Notes under the pieces: model-generated | Database searches by the model: none | What the model saw: only the letters and a program-made list of their open reading frames with translations | Told to the model about the DNA's origin: nothing | Shown here: positions 9,447 to 19,072 of the stretch, piece after piece | How positions within the stretch are numbered: position 1 is the stretch's first letter | How the letters are laid out: every line of letters starts with the position of its first letter | NCBI GenBank assembly: GCA_964013405.1 | Contig: CAXGWI010000017.1 | Span: forward strand, 1 to 41,575 | Source of the DNA: an uncultured Myxococcales bacterium | Lineage (GTDB): Bacteria; Myxococcota; UBA4151 | Direction of reading: 5' to 3' | Length of the DNA: 41,575 bases | Program-made: the position numbers and the translations under genes

Positions 9447-10186
9447 ACAAGGTCGCCCTGGTCACTGGCGGCACCCGCGGGATTGGCCGAAGTATTACCG
9501 ATGGCTTTCTTCAGGCTGGCTACCACGTTGTTGCGGTGGCCCGCCGTGAGCCTGTCGGCGATCTCGGAGGGGCTCAATTCTTTACCGCCGACCTGCGCGA
9601 ACCAGAGGCTGTTGAGGGCATGATGGAGCAGGTTCTGGCCAGTCTAGGGCGTCTGGACGTGCTGGTGAACAATGCCGGCGGGAGTCCCTTTGCCCTGGCT
9701 GCGGAGGCCAGTCCTAACTTTCACGACAAAGTGATCCGCTTGAACCTGTTGGCACCCCTGCATTGTGCCCAGGCAGCCAATCGAATCATGCAAGCTCAGG
9801 ATGAAGGGGGCGTCATTATCAACATCGCTTCGGTCAGCGGGCTTCGACCCAGTCCCGGCACAGCCGCCTACGGGGCTGCGAAAGCAGGACTCATCAGTTT
9901 GAGCCGAAGCCTTGCCGTGGAATGGGCGCCGAAAGTTCGGATGAACGCCATTGCGGCGGGTCTGGTTCGGACAAAAGACAGTGAAGCCCACTATGGTGGG
10001 AGCGAGGGACTTGCTCGGGTGGCGGCAACGGTCCCCTTGGGTCGCATGGCTGAGCCCCATGATGTGGCCTCACTCTGTGTTTTTCTAGCCAGTGAAAAAG
10101 CCGCCTATCTCAGCGGGAGTTGTCTCGAACTCCACGGGGGCGGTGAGGCACCGGCCTTCCTGGCAGCTGCCCGAGGCGAGGATTAA
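9443..10186 (+). CDS. SDR oxidoreductase, Rv3549c-like
   Basis: TGGTRGIG, NNAGGSP, RPSPGTAAYGAAKAG, EWAPKVR; GTGA overlap with previous gene. Confidence 0.85.
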   Translation: MNKVALVTGGTRGIGRSITDGFLQAGYHVVAVARREPVGDLGGAQFFTADLREPEAVEGMMEQVLASLGRLDVLVNNAGGSPFALAAEASPNFHDKVIRLNLLAPLHCAQAANRIMQAQDEGGVIINIASVSGLRPSPGTAAYGAAKAGLISLSRSLAVEWAPKVRMNAIAAGLVRTKDSEAHYGGSEGLARVAATVPLGRMAEPHDVASLCVFLASEKAAYLSGSCLELHGGGEAPAFLAAARGED

Positions 10187-10617
10187 GCAGGCTCGGTGAA
10201 GTCCGCGGTTAGGCTCGCGGTCAGCACCACCTGGTTCTCCTGGTTGAGCAAGGCCAACTCCACCGTGACCAAGCGCTGTTCTTCGTCGAGTTCGGCGATG
10301 ACGCCGCTGCCCGTCAACGAATCACCGGGCCAGACCATCTGCTCGAACCGGCAGCGAAAACTGCGGACTCGATGGGGGCCGATGCGTGCTGCTGCCCAGG
10401 TGGCGAGCGCACCGGCCGGATACATGCCCACCACCAAGGGCGCCTCGTAGCCGGCCTCTTTGGCAAAGGGCTCATCGTGATGGATGGGCTGAAAGTCGCC
10501 GCTAGCTCCCTGATAGCGCACGATGTCGGTGCGGCTGATCGGCCCCAAATGCAGCCCAGGACTTAAGCTGCTGCCGGTCTCAAGATCGTCCCACCCGAGG
10601 GGGTTTTGCCTACTCAT
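10183..10617 (-). CDS. MaoC-family (R)-hydratase, catalytic subunit
   Basis: Hydratase-2 motif YQGASGDFQPIHHD. Confidence 0.85.
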   Translation of the reverse strand: MSRQNPLGWDDLETGSSLSPGLHLGPISRTDIVRYQGASGDFQPIHHDEPFAKEAGYEAPLVVGMYPAGALATWAAARIGPHRVRSFRCRFEQMVWPGDSLTGSGVIAELDEEQRLVTVELALLNQENQVVLTASLTADFTEPA

Positions 10618-11038
10618 GGGGGAACTCCAGAGCCCGCATGATCGCCTCGGCCCGAAGCTGCTCTTTGTCGTCTCGAAAGTCGGTCACGACATCGACAAAG
10701 GTGAGCGTTTTGCCAGCCCGGTTGGTCTTTTCATAGATTCGATCCACCCGGCTCGTCGCGGTGAGTCGATCGCCCAATCGGGGCGGGGGGCCATGGAAAC
10801 GGAACTCCTGTTCAGCGTGAACGCTTCGACTGGGATCGAAACCGATGGCCTCTTTCACGTCGGCCCCTTGCACCCGGGCCTCCCAAAAGAAGGCGCTCGT
10901 GAGGTAAGTGGGGGGGATCAACGAGCCGAAGGCCTCCACATCACCGCCGGTGGCTTCGAGGAATTCGAGGACCTTGCCCCGCTCAACCGGGAATTCAAAG
11001 CGATTGCCGACGAGGCCCTCCGCCGCCTTGTTCACCAT
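10610..11038 (-). CDS. MaoC/FAS1-type dehydratase N-terminal hot-dog partner subunit
   Basis: VERGKVLEF, PPTY, VHAEQEFRFHGPP..GD.L motif; overlaps the MaoC gene. Confidence 0.8.
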   Translation of the reverse strand: MVNKAAEGLVGNRFEFPVERGKVLEFLEATGGDVEAFGSLIPPTYLTSAFFWEARVQGADVKEAIGFDPSRSVHAEQEFRFHGPPPRLGDRLTATSRVDRIYEKTNRAGKTLTFVDVVTDFRDDKEQLRAEAIMRALEFPHE

Positions 11039-11042
11039 GGCG

Positions 11043-11822
11043 TCAGGCCCGCTGGGAGCTGACCGGGACGATTTCGCCGGTCATGTAGGAGCTGAGGTCG
11101 CTGGCGAGAAAGACGATGACGTTCGCCACCTCCCAAACCTCCGCGGCCCGGCCAAAAGCCTCCCGTTTGCGGAGGGACTCCAAGAGTTCGGGCCCGGTCG
11201 CTTTCTCTAAAAAGGGGTGCATCGCCAGGCTCGGTGCGACGGCATTGATACGGATATCATGCTCCGCTGCCTCGAGCGCAGCACAACGGGTCAGAGCCAT
11301 GACACCGGCTTTTGCGGCCGCGTAATGGGTCTGACCTTTTTGCGCCCGCCACCCGAGCACGCTGGCGTTGTTGATGATCGCACCACCCTCACCCTTCATC
11401 ATCGACCGCATCCCGGCTCGTGTGCAGCGCATGGTGCCGGTGAGGCTCACATCCAAGATGCGCTGCCAGGTGGAGTCCTCCATGGTGATGAGGGGGTCCA
11501 TCCCGCCGAGCCCTGCGTTGTTGACGAGGACGTCCAGGCCACCCATGCGGACTTCGGCTTCATGAAAGAGCCCGTCCACCGCCCCTTGGTCGGTCACGTC
11601 ACAGGCCACGGCGTACACGGTGCCTAAACCCATCCCTCGCAGCTCGTCGGCAGCCTCGTTCAGGCGCCGCTCGTGGTGATCGGAGATGAGCAGATCAGCC
11701 CCCTCTTCGAGGCAACGCTTCGCCGTCGCAAACCCAATCCCAGTTCCGGCTGCCGCAGTGACAACCACTCGGCGGCCTTTCAGGAGGTCACGGGCTTCCG
11801 GATAAGGTGGGGGACGCTTCAA
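11043..11822 (-). CDS. ipdF: IpdF-like SDR (Rv3559c-like)
   Basis: Likely TTG start 11822 (TTGA overlap, GAGGAG RBS); VVVTAAAGTGIG, ISDHHERRL, NNASVLGWRAQ, HYAAAKAG. Confidence 0.88.
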   Translation of the reverse strand: MKRPPPYPEARDLLKGRRVVVTAAAGTGIGFATAKRCLEEGADLLISDHHERRLNEAADELRGMGLGTVYAVACDVTDQGAVDGLFHEAEVRMGGLDVLVNNAGLGGMDPLITMEDSTWQRILDVSLTGTMRCTRAGMRSMMKGEGGAIINNASVLGWRAQKGQTHYAAAKAGVMALTRCAALEAAEHDIRINAVAPSLAMHPFLEKATGPELLESLRKREAFGRAAEVWEVANVIVFLASDLSSYMTGEIVPVSSQRA

Positions 11823-12994
11823 CGGGCACTCCTCGGCAGGCCCAGGGCCCGCTCTGCGATGAGGGTTTTTTGGATCTCGTTGCTGCCGGCATAGATCGTA
11901 TCGGCCCGACTGAACAAGAAGACCCGTTGCAGCCGGGTGAGTTCGCCGTCCGTTTGGGCTCGCTGGGAGGCCGGGCCCAGGACGTCCATGGCCAACTCCC
12001 CCATTTTGCGGTGCCACCGGGCCCAATAGAGTTTGTTGATGGCGCCAACGGCGCTGGGTTGATCGGTTTGCAGATGATGGATCATGCGCCAAGCATTCAA
12101 ACGCATCACCCGAAGCTCCATCCAAGACTGGGCCAGGCGGTCCTGAATCAGGGGATCGTCGAAACAACCGTTCTGCTTCGCTGCGTTCGTGATGTCTTGG
12201 AGTTCATTGAAGAAGTTGAGTTGCTGACCGAAGGTTGATGCTCCTCGCTCGAAGCCTAGGGTTGCCATGGCGACGGCCCAGCCATCTCCTGGCGCCCCCA
12301 CGCAATGGCCAAGTTCTGTCACCGCGCCATCGAAGAACACTTCATTGAACTCGCTGGTCCCCGTGATTTGTTTGATGGGGCGAATCGTAACCCCTGGTTG
12401 GTCCATCGGCACCAAGAGATAACTGAGACCCTGGTGCCGTTGACTGCCCAATTCCGTCCGGCACAGGACAAAACACCAATCGGCCACATGGGCGAGGCTG
12501 GTCCAGGTCTTTTGGCCCGTCAGAACCCATTGACCATCACGAACTTCCGCCCGGGTTTGAACCCCCGCAAGATCACTGCCTGCATTGGGTTCACTGTATC
12601 CTTGGCACCAGTAATCGGTGCCTTGTTGAATGGCGGGAAGAAAGCGGCCCTTTTGTTCGTCGCTACCATGATGAATCAGGGTCGGCCCCAGCAGGGTTTC
12701 GCCGATATGGCCCAGGCGCCCCGGGCCTTGGGCCGCGGCATAGGCTTCATGGAAGAGCACCTCTTGGACGAGGCTCAACGCTCGGCCCCCAGCCAACTGG
12801 GGCCAACTTAAGCACGTCCAGCGGTTCGCACCGAGATGTTGCTCCCAAAGTTTGCGTTCCTCGATCAGCGCATCCTCATCGCTGGGGCCGCCCCGGCCTC
12901 GCAGATGCTGCCAATCCCCGGCGAGCTGTTCTTCGAGCCACTCGCGCACCTCATCTTGAAAGGTTCGATCTTCAGTTTGGAGGCTCAGGTCCAT
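11819..12994 (-). CDS. fadE30: Acyl-CoA dehydrogenase FadE30/IpdE1-like
   Basis: WCQGYSEPNAGSDLA, SQRHQGLSYLLVPMDQPGV, FLFSRADTIYAGSNEIQ. Confidence 0.85.
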   Translation of the reverse strand: MDLSLQTEDRTFQDEVREWLEEQLAGDWQHLRGRGGPSDEDALIEERKLWEQHLGANRWTCLSWPQLAGGRALSLVQEVLFHEAYAAAQGPGRLGHIGETLLGPTLIHHGSDEQKGRFLPAIQQGTDYWCQGYSEPNAGSDLAGVQTRAEVRDGQWVLTGQKTWTSLAHVADWCFVLCRTELGSQRHQGLSYLLVPMDQPGVTIRPIKQITGTSEFNEVFFDGAVTELGHCVGAPGDGWAVAMATLGFERGASTFGQQLNFFNELQDITNAAKQNGCFDDPLIQDRLAQSWMELRVMRLNAWRMIHHLQTDQPSAVGAINKLYWARWHRKMGELAMDVLGPASQRAQTDGELTRLQRVFLFSRADTIYAGSNEIQKTLIAERALGLPRSAR

Positions 12995-14088
12995 CAGGGG
13001 GCCTCCGCAAGAGGGCGGTCGAGGCCGCCCAGGGCGATAAAACGCCGGCGTTGAAAGCTGGGGTCGCCCCAGAGGGTTCGACTGCCCTGGGCCCGCTTGA
13101 AAAAAAGGTGAACAGGATGCTCCCAGGTGATGGCGATACCGCCAAGCACTTGAATGCAGGTCCCGGCACAGAAGAAGAAGGCCTCCGATGCGGTGGCTTG
13201 GGCCATGGCGATCTGCATGGCCGTCTCTTCACGCTCATGTTCAGCGGCATGGGCCGCGGCATAGACTGCGGAACGGGCACTCTCCACCTGCAGCAGCATC
13301 TCAGCACAGTGATGTTGGATGGCCTGGAAGCTGCCGATAGGGCGACCAAATTGATGGCGGTCCTTGGCGTAACTGACGGCCAGATCCAAGCAGGCTTGGG
13401 CGCCGCCAAGACTCTCAGCGGCGCTGTAGAGTTGGGCCCGATTCAGAATCCTCTCCACCGCATCACCGCCGCCGAGGCGTTGGCATGGAGTTCCCTCGAA
13501 GGTGATGGTTGCGAGGGGGCGACCAGGATCCATGGCCGCTTCGCCGCAGACCGTCAGGCCAACCGCGCTCGCCTCGACAGCAAAGAGCCCTAGATGGCCT
13601 CCAGCCTCCCGCGCAACCACGAGAAACAGGTCCGCTGCCCCGCCGTGGAGGACAAAGTTTTTACGCCCGAAGATCTGTCCCCCTCGCACCGTCGACTCAA
13701 GGTCCGTTAAGGCCAGGCTGCCCCGGCCTTCGAGGACGGCCAGTGTCACCTGAAGGTCCCCTTTCACGATGGCCTCGACCCAGCGCTGATCCGGGCTGAA
13801 GCTGAGGGCGTCGAGACCGATCGCAACCGTGCTCAAGTAGGGGCTCGACCAGTGTCTGTTCCCCATGACCTCAAGGAGGGCAGCCACCGTCACAGGCCCG
13901 CCAGCAAGGCCACCGACCGCTTCCGGGGCGTTAAGGCCTAAGAGACCCAGCTCCGCGGCCTGGGCCCAGGCCTTGGTCTCGTCGGTCTTCTCGGGACTGA
14001 GGAGGGTATGCGTGGGATTGAGGCCATCGAGAAAGGCGCCTACGACCTGCCGCAATTCGAGTTGAAGCTCATTGAACTCAAAGCGCAC
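12994..14088 (-). CDS. Acyl-CoA dehydrogenase partner subunit (FadE33/IpdE2-like)
   Basis: GTG start with GGAGG RBS; YAKDRHQFGRPIGSFQAIQH, IQVLGGIAITWEHPVHLFFKRA; stop overlaps fadE30 start. Confidence 0.8.
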   Translation of the reverse strand: MRFEFNELQLELRQVVGAFLDGLNPTHTLLSPEKTDETKAWAQAAELGLLGLNAPEAVGGLAGGPVTVAALLEVMGNRHWSSPYLSTVAIGLDALSFSPDQRWVEAIVKGDLQVTLAVLEGRGSLALTDLESTVRGGQIFGRKNFVLHGGAADLFLVVAREAGGHLGLFAVEASAVGLTVCGEAAMDPGRPLATITFEGTPCQRLGGGDAVERILNRAQLYSAAESLGGAQACLDLAVSYAKDRHQFGRPIGSFQAIQHHCAEMLLQVESARSAVYAAAHAAEHEREETAMQIAMAQATASEAFFFCAGTCIQVLGGIAITWEHPVHLFFKRAQGSRTLWGDPSFQRRRFIALGGLDRPLAEAP

Positions 14089-14153
14089 GCAAGTTCCTCC
14101 TGGGGCCTTCTAGGGGATGGAGGACGAATCTGGCAATGCGAGGCGCCGACGCC

Positions 14154-16064
14154 CTAGGGGCTGCTCCACCAAATCGGACTGCTCCAGGCCCGCTCTTGGA
14201 TCAGCTTGGGGACCTCTGGATCGTGGCAAGCCTCGGGGCGGGCATCGGCCGCAAGTCGTCGGCAGTCCTGTTGGCTCCACCGGCAGCGAGGATGCTCAAG
14301 AATGCGGGCGTAGTAGACGGCCCGCTGGCTCGGTTCAAAGTCCAGATCTTCGAAGGTTCCACACAGACTATCGGCGCCGCGACCCTGGGCCTCGCAAGTC
14401 TCTGCGTCCGTACGGTAGTCACCGCCGCTTTCCGCCAGATCGATGACCGATTGGTGGGCCTGGCCATCCCCGTCAATCCAGAGCTTCACCAGTTGGATCC
14501 GCTCCAGCGGTGCCGGATCTTCACCCTCGAGATCGGGGGCCCTCAAAGCACTGACGACGAAGCGTGGCTTGCCGTCGAGCCAGCCGGGTGCGGGCAGGTC
14601 CATGCCCATTGGGACCCCTTGGGCGTAGGCAGTTTTGACGAGATCGGGGTCGTCACAAAGATCCGTGGGAAGATCCCAGCCGCCGAAAAATCGCAGACTG
14701 ATTCGGGGGCCACTGGTGCCCCAGGACTCCCGCCGGTGAAGGGCTTCGAAGATGGCATCGCGGCTGTTCTCATAGGCCCAGACGCCGACGAGGCCACCGC
14801 CGGTGCTGCGCCAGGCGCTGGTGGTGAGACTTTCGTCGCCTCCCAGTCGGGCCTCGGGAGACCACTCCACCCGGCCTGTATGACCCTTCCAGGCCTTTTC
14901 GCTCACGTGGCCGGGGCTTGCATTGTGGGTGTCGGTGCTGGCGATGACACCCAACTTGAAGGGGTTGACGCCGCTGCGTTCGGCCTCCTGCATGCCCTCG
15001 ATAAGGGCCCCTCGGAGGTAGTCTCGAACGGAGGTGCAACCCCCGCCAGTCATGCCGAATTGTCCCGTCCCATCACCACAGTCTTCACTGTCTTGCGGGA
15101 GGGCTTTTTCGAAACCGCACTGCTCGTCCACGGCGCCGAGGATCGACCCCAGACCTGTCATGCATTCCATGTCACCTTTATGCTGAAAGATCTCCATGCT
15201 GCGTTCCATGTCCTGGCGTAGCTGGTTGGCTTGCGCTCGGGCCGTCGTGCTTAGGCCCTCGGGGTGTTCGACTCGGAACATCTTACCGTTGCTGAGGTTG
15301 CTGTTGTGGGGAATCACCAAGGCTTCACAGCCCTCAATACCCTCGTTGCACTGGGTTTTCAGCGCTCGCCAAAGGCCTTCTGGCTCCGGTTCATCCAAAT
15401 AGGTGATGGGGCTCGGTGTCGTCCCATTTCGGAAGATGACGTTGCGGTGCAGGTTGGAGACCCCTGTGGCTGCGGTGTACTCGTAGCCGTGGAAGCTTGT
15501 GAAGCGGCAGGCTGAACTGCGATCGTAGGCTGCCTCCGTCGCGGCCTGGATTCGGTCCCAGACGCTGGTACTGCGAGCCAGGCAAGCGGCGTCGCAAAAG
15601 GCGGGATGGGCCGGGACCACTTCCGCCAGGATCATCCCCAGCGTCATCGTTGAGAGGTTGGTGCCCTGGCGGTAGGTGGCACAATCGGCCGTCTCGTAGC
15701 CGGTGGCCGCCGGATCAAGACAGGTTTGCACCTCACCGAAGAACTCGGCGTGGTCGGTCACTGCGGCAAAGTCCAGCGGCGCAGGGAGTTGGAGTTGCCG
15801 GGTGCCTTCGCCGTTTTCATCCAGTGGGGGTAGGGTGATCGAGGCCCCTTGGGCGAAGGCGTAGGCGTCTTCAGGGCCTTTGCGGACGTGCTCGGTCCAG
15901 GCATCAAAAGAGAGCGCCGTGTGGACGTGAAGATCACCGAAGAGCGCTATTTTCTCCTCGCTTCGCTCCGCACAGACGGCTCGAGTCTCACTGTAGACGA
16001 GGTCATACTGACCCAAGGGCTGGGCGCAGCCGCCAAAAAACAGAGCGAGGAGCAGGCGCTTCAT
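14154..16064 (-). CDS. DUF3604-family lipoprotein (PHP-like metal hydrolase fold)
   Basis: Lipobox LFFGGC; GDLHVHT, DFAAVTDH, HRNVIF, IPHNSNLSNG, EIFQHKG, ASTDTH, YYARILE, IQERAWSSPIW. Confidence 0.8.
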   Translation of the reverse strand: MKRLLLALFFGGCAQPLGQYDLVYSETRAVCAERSEEKIALFGDLHVHTALSFDAWTEHVRKGPEDAYAFAQGASITLPPLDENGEGTRQLQLPAPLDFAAVTDHAEFFGEVQTCLDPAATGYETADCATYRQGTNLSTMTLGMILAEVVPAHPAFCDAACLARSTSVWDRIQAATEAAYDRSSACRFTSFHGYEYTAATGVSNLHRNVIFRNGTTPSPITYLDEPEPEGLWRALKTQCNEGIEGCEALVIPHNSNLSNGKMFRVEHPEGLSTTARAQANQLRQDMERSMEIFQHKGDMECMTGLGSILGAVDEQCGFEKALPQDSEDCGDGTGQFGMTGGGCTSVRDYLRGALIEGMQEAERSGVNPFKLGVIASTDTHNASPGHVSEKAWKGHTGRVEWSPEARLGGDESLTTSAWRSTGGGLVGVWAYENSRDAIFEALHRRESWGTSGPRISLRFFGGWDLPTDLCDDPDLVKTAYAQGVPMGMDLPAPGWLDGKPRFVVSALRAPDLEGEDPAPLERIQLVKLWIDGDGQAHQSVIDLAESGGDYRTDAETCEAQGRGADSLCGTFEDLDFEPSQRAVYYARILEHPRCRWSQQDCRRLAADARPEACHDPEVPKLIQERAWSSPIWWSSP

Positions 16065-16996
16065 AGGCCCAGAATGGCCCCGCTCCGCTCAACGGTCCAG
16101 GCCAGCCCGATGCCGCCGGCTGTGTAGGCCCCGAGTTGTTCCGCGCGCTTGAGCCAGGATGAACCCCAGCGAGCGAGCATCCAGGCGAGGGCCAGCAGCC
16201 CGGCGATGACCATCAGTTGGGCCAGTTCAAGGCCCAGATTGAAGCCGACCAGTTTGGGAAGCAGATCCCCGCGATCGAGGCCGAGTTGATCCAGCATACC
16301 GGCGAAGCCTAGACCATGGATTAAGCCGATGCCGATGACAAACGGCCCGCGCATTCTCTCGCGGTCCAGCAAGGCACTGCGGGCGACAAGGACGATGGAG
16401 ACGGCGATCAGTGCTTCCACCACAGGGGGGGGGAAGCGGAGCCAGCCGAAGCCAGCCAAGGTGAAGGAAGCCGCGTGACCCAGGGTGAAGGCGGTCACAA
16501 GGATGACGAGGGTTTTCAGGCTGCGCACGCCCAAGCTCAGGACCAAGAGAAAGAGCAAGTGATCCCATCCCGCAAGCAGGTGTTCAAAGCCCAAGCGCAG
16601 GCTCGCCCCGAGCCCGGGACCTGGTCCAGGCGCCTCGGGTAACACCAAGGGTTGGGGCAATTGGGCGCTCGTCTCCAGGGTCTCGCCGTCTTCCTGCAGC
16701 CGAGCGATGATCATCGGGTGGGCGCCTTTGGGTCGATGAAAGGCGATGGTGGCACCCCGTAGGCTCGAGCCACAGGTTAAGCGACCCTGCAGGGGGTACA
16801 CAGGCAATAATGCTGTTTGGCAGCGGGTGGGAAAGCGAGGACTCAATTTTTGAGCCCCCTTGCCTCGGGTTGCGAAAGAGAAGCGGTAGTTGCCCGGTCC
16901 ACTGGCCTGGAGGTCAAGGAATCCGAGTCCGCCGTCATGGGCCGTGGCAGCCGGCGCGAAGGCCAGCAGGAGGATGAAGAGCGCCCCGTTCCTCAC
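16061..16996 (-). CDS. HupE/UreJ-family membrane protein with N-terminal extracytoplasmic domain
   Basis: Signal peptide ending AHD; GFEHLLAGWDHLLF, TAFTLGH, EALIAVSI, GLIHGLGFA, FNLGLELAQL. Confidence 0.85.
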   Translation of the reverse strand: MRNGALFILLLAFAPAATAHDGGLGFLDLQASGPGNYRFSFATRGKGAQKLSPRFPTRCQTALLPVYPLQGRLTCGSSLRGATIAFHRPKGAHPMIIARLQEDGETLETSAQLPQPLVLPEAPGPGPGLGASLRLGFEHLLAGWDHLLFLLVLSLGVRSLKTLVILVTAFTLGHAASFTLAGFGWLRFPPPVVEALIAVSIVLVARSALLDRERMRGPFVIGIGLIHGLGFAGMLDQLGLDRGDLLPKLVGFNLGLELAQLMVIAGLLALAWMLARWGSSWLKRAEQLGAYTAGGIGLAWTVERSGAILGL

Positions 16997-17808
16997 CGTT
17001 CGATCCGATAGCTTTGTTTGAGGTCTTCAAGGCGGGCTTCGCCTTCAGCGCCGCGAGCGGTCTTCTCAAGCCGGCGCCGCACATCAGCCTGCAAGATGTC
17101 CGCTTTGGGTAAGCCCGGCGCCTTGTCCTCCAAGAGCCGAATCAAATGGAAGCCGAAACTGGACTCGATGGGCCCCTGCCAGCGCGGACCCATCGGCAGT
17201 TTGAACAGGGCCTCTGCGAAGGGGGCGCCCAGGCGTTTCGCCAGTCCCGTTTGGTCGATGGGTCCGAGGACTCGGCCATGGATAAAGGGGTCCCCTAAAC
17301 GGGGCGGTGTGTCTTTCGCCCCTTCGTCCATCAGACCCTCCAAAGCCTTGGCTGCATCCGATTGCGCCTGATCCTGGCGACGCTGTCGGCTGAAGAAGAG
17401 ATGGACAAAGCGACGCCTTCTCGGGAGCGCTAACTCCTCTTGATGCTGCTCGATATAGGCCTGCACTTCCGCATCGGAAGGGGGCTCAGGGGGAAGCCCA
17501 TTTTCTAGAAAAAACCGCATCGCCTGGGCCAGGCGTCGTCGGACCACAGGATCGTTGCGGTCAAGACCGAGACGACGGGCCTCTCGACTGAGCATCTCCA
17601 TCTCGATCCAGGCCGTTTCAAGGCCCGCGAGCTCAGCCTCGCTTGGGGCCCGGCGCCGCTGCCGCTCGAAGTCCTTTTTCAGCCCGTCTCGAATGGACTG
17701 ACTGAGTTGGATCACGCGCTCAGTGTTCGGCTCCGGTGTCTGGAACCAAAGCAGCAGGCCAGCGATCAATAGAAAGGGGATGAGGGGTTCATTGCGGAGG
17801 AAATTCAT
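16993..17808 (-). CDS. PpiC/parvulin-type peptidyl-prolyl isomerase-like protein
   Basis: N-terminal membrane anchor EPLIPFLLIAG; EARRLGLDRNDPVVRRRL; WQGPIESSFGFHLI. Confidence 0.8.
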   Translation of the reverse strand: MNFLRNEPLIPFLLIAGLLLWFQTPEPNTERVIQLSQSIRDGLKKDFERQRRRAPSEAELAGLETAWIEMEMLSREARRLGLDRNDPVVRRRLAQAMRFFLENGLPPEPPSDAEVQAYIEQHQEELALPRRRRFVHLFFSRQRRQDQAQSDAAKALEGLMDEGAKDTPPRLGDPFIHGRVLGPIDQTGLAKRLGAPFAEALFKLPMGPRWQGPIESSFGFHLIRLLEDKAPGLPKADILQADVRRRLEKTARGAEGEARLEDLKQSYRIER

Positions 17809-17824
17809 CGCCCGTAATTCCGGT

Positions 17825-19072
17825 CTATGAGTCCCGCGGGACGCGGGCCGAGATCGTGCGTGGGATGTTCATCCAAACGAGGAGTTCCGGCGTTAAAAAG
17901 GGCTTTCCATTGTTGACGAGTGCAACGGAGATATCCCGTTCTGGATCGGCCCAGCAGAGAATATTGGTAAAGCCCAAATGCCCAAACGCCTTCGGTGTTT
18001 TTGCCCCATAGAGACCCATCAGCGGCGAACCGAGCATGAAACCCAGACCATAGCGGATCGGCAGGAGAATGATCTTATCGATCTCAGCGACGTTCTGCTC
18101 CATCACCGCGGCCCGTACGGAGGATTCCTTAAAGATCCTTCGGCGGCCGTACTTTCCGCCCCGCAGGAGGCATTCGAAGAAGGCCGAGAACTCGTGGGCG
18201 GTACCTACGATGTTCCCACTGGGGACCACCCCGGTGAGAAAACGCGGGTCGTTCGTCAACTCCACAATGCCGTCCATGTCTTGGTCGAGGGCCTTGATCA
18301 GTTGGCGATTAAAGGGGGGCAGACTGGGTGGACCGGTGGCCGCCTCTCGGGCCACGTGGTCCAATTGGTCGGGCCTGATGCCGTAGCTAAAGTTGAGCTT
18401 CATCGGCTCGGTGACCCAATCGTGCAGCACCTGACGCAAGGGCATCCCCGTACGCCGCTCGAGGAGGGCTTGGATCAGGAAGCCGCCATTGACCGCTTGA
18501 TAGGCCAGGCCGGTGCCAGGTGTCCCTGTCGGTTCGGCCTCCTTCAAGGCCTGGAGCAACATGACGGGATCATGGAGGACATCGAGATTGGTGGTCTGGG
18601 GGTGGGCCATATGGAGCCCCGCCCGGTGGCTTAAGACTTGCCGCAGCGTGATGTCATCGCGGCGCCTTCCAGCCAGGTCGGGCAGGTAGGTCACGATGGG
18701 TTCATCTAGATCCACCAGGCCCTTTTCCACGGCCTTCATGGCGAGCATGCCCGTGATCGCTTTGGAGCCACTGAACAGATTAAAAAGTGTGTCTGGCTGG
18801 GCCCGCACCAGGGGCATGTCGTCGGGGTCTCCCGGACCATTCCCCCGACTGTGACCGATGCTTCGCTCCAGGATCACTCGGCCCCGCCGACGGATCGAGA
18901 GACTCATTCCTGGCTGGAGGCCTAGACGGTAGTAGTTCCGAACTGAAGCCCAGATGCCCTCGACGATCTCCGGTGTGAGGTCGCCGGCTTCTGCCGGCTC
19001 CTCTGCGTCGCTGACCGTCGTGACCTGATCGGGATCGAAGCGCTTTTTGACTCGCCGCCAAAGGCCTCTCAA
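17825..19072 (-). CDS. Serine hydrolase, beta-lactamase class C/family VIII esterase (LipE/LipP-like)
   Basis: SxxK (FSGSK), LSHRAG, catalytic Tyr in YQAVN, FGHLGF, WADPER. Confidence 0.85.
   Translation of the reverse strand: MRGLWRRVKKRFDPDQVTTVSDAEEPAEAGDLTPEIVEGIWASVRNYYRLGLQPGMSLSIRRRGRVILERSIGHSRGNGPGDPDDMPLVRAQPDTLFNLFSGSKAITGMLAMKAVEKGLVDLDEPIVTYLPDLAGRRRDDITLRQVLSHRAGLHMAHPQTTNLDVLHDPVMLLQALKEAEPTGTPGTGLAYQAVNGGFLIQALLERRTGMPLRQVLHDWVTEPMKLNFSYGIRPDQLDHVAREAATGPPSLPPFNRQLIKALDQDMDGIVELTNDPRFLTGVVPSGNIVGTAHEFSAFFECLLRGGKYGRRRIFKESSVRAAVMEQNVAEIDKIILLPIRYGLGFMLGSPLMGLYGAKTPKAFGHLGFTNILCWADPERDISVALVNNGKPFLTPELLVWMNIPRTISARVPRDS

Noticed and set aside
14136..15221. 361-aa plus-strand ORF, and similar long shadow ORFs (e.g. 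1991-2884, 5115-5921, 23477-24262, 37584-38396)
   Set aside because: Antisense to well-supported genes; expected in GC-rich DNA; no recognisable motifs.
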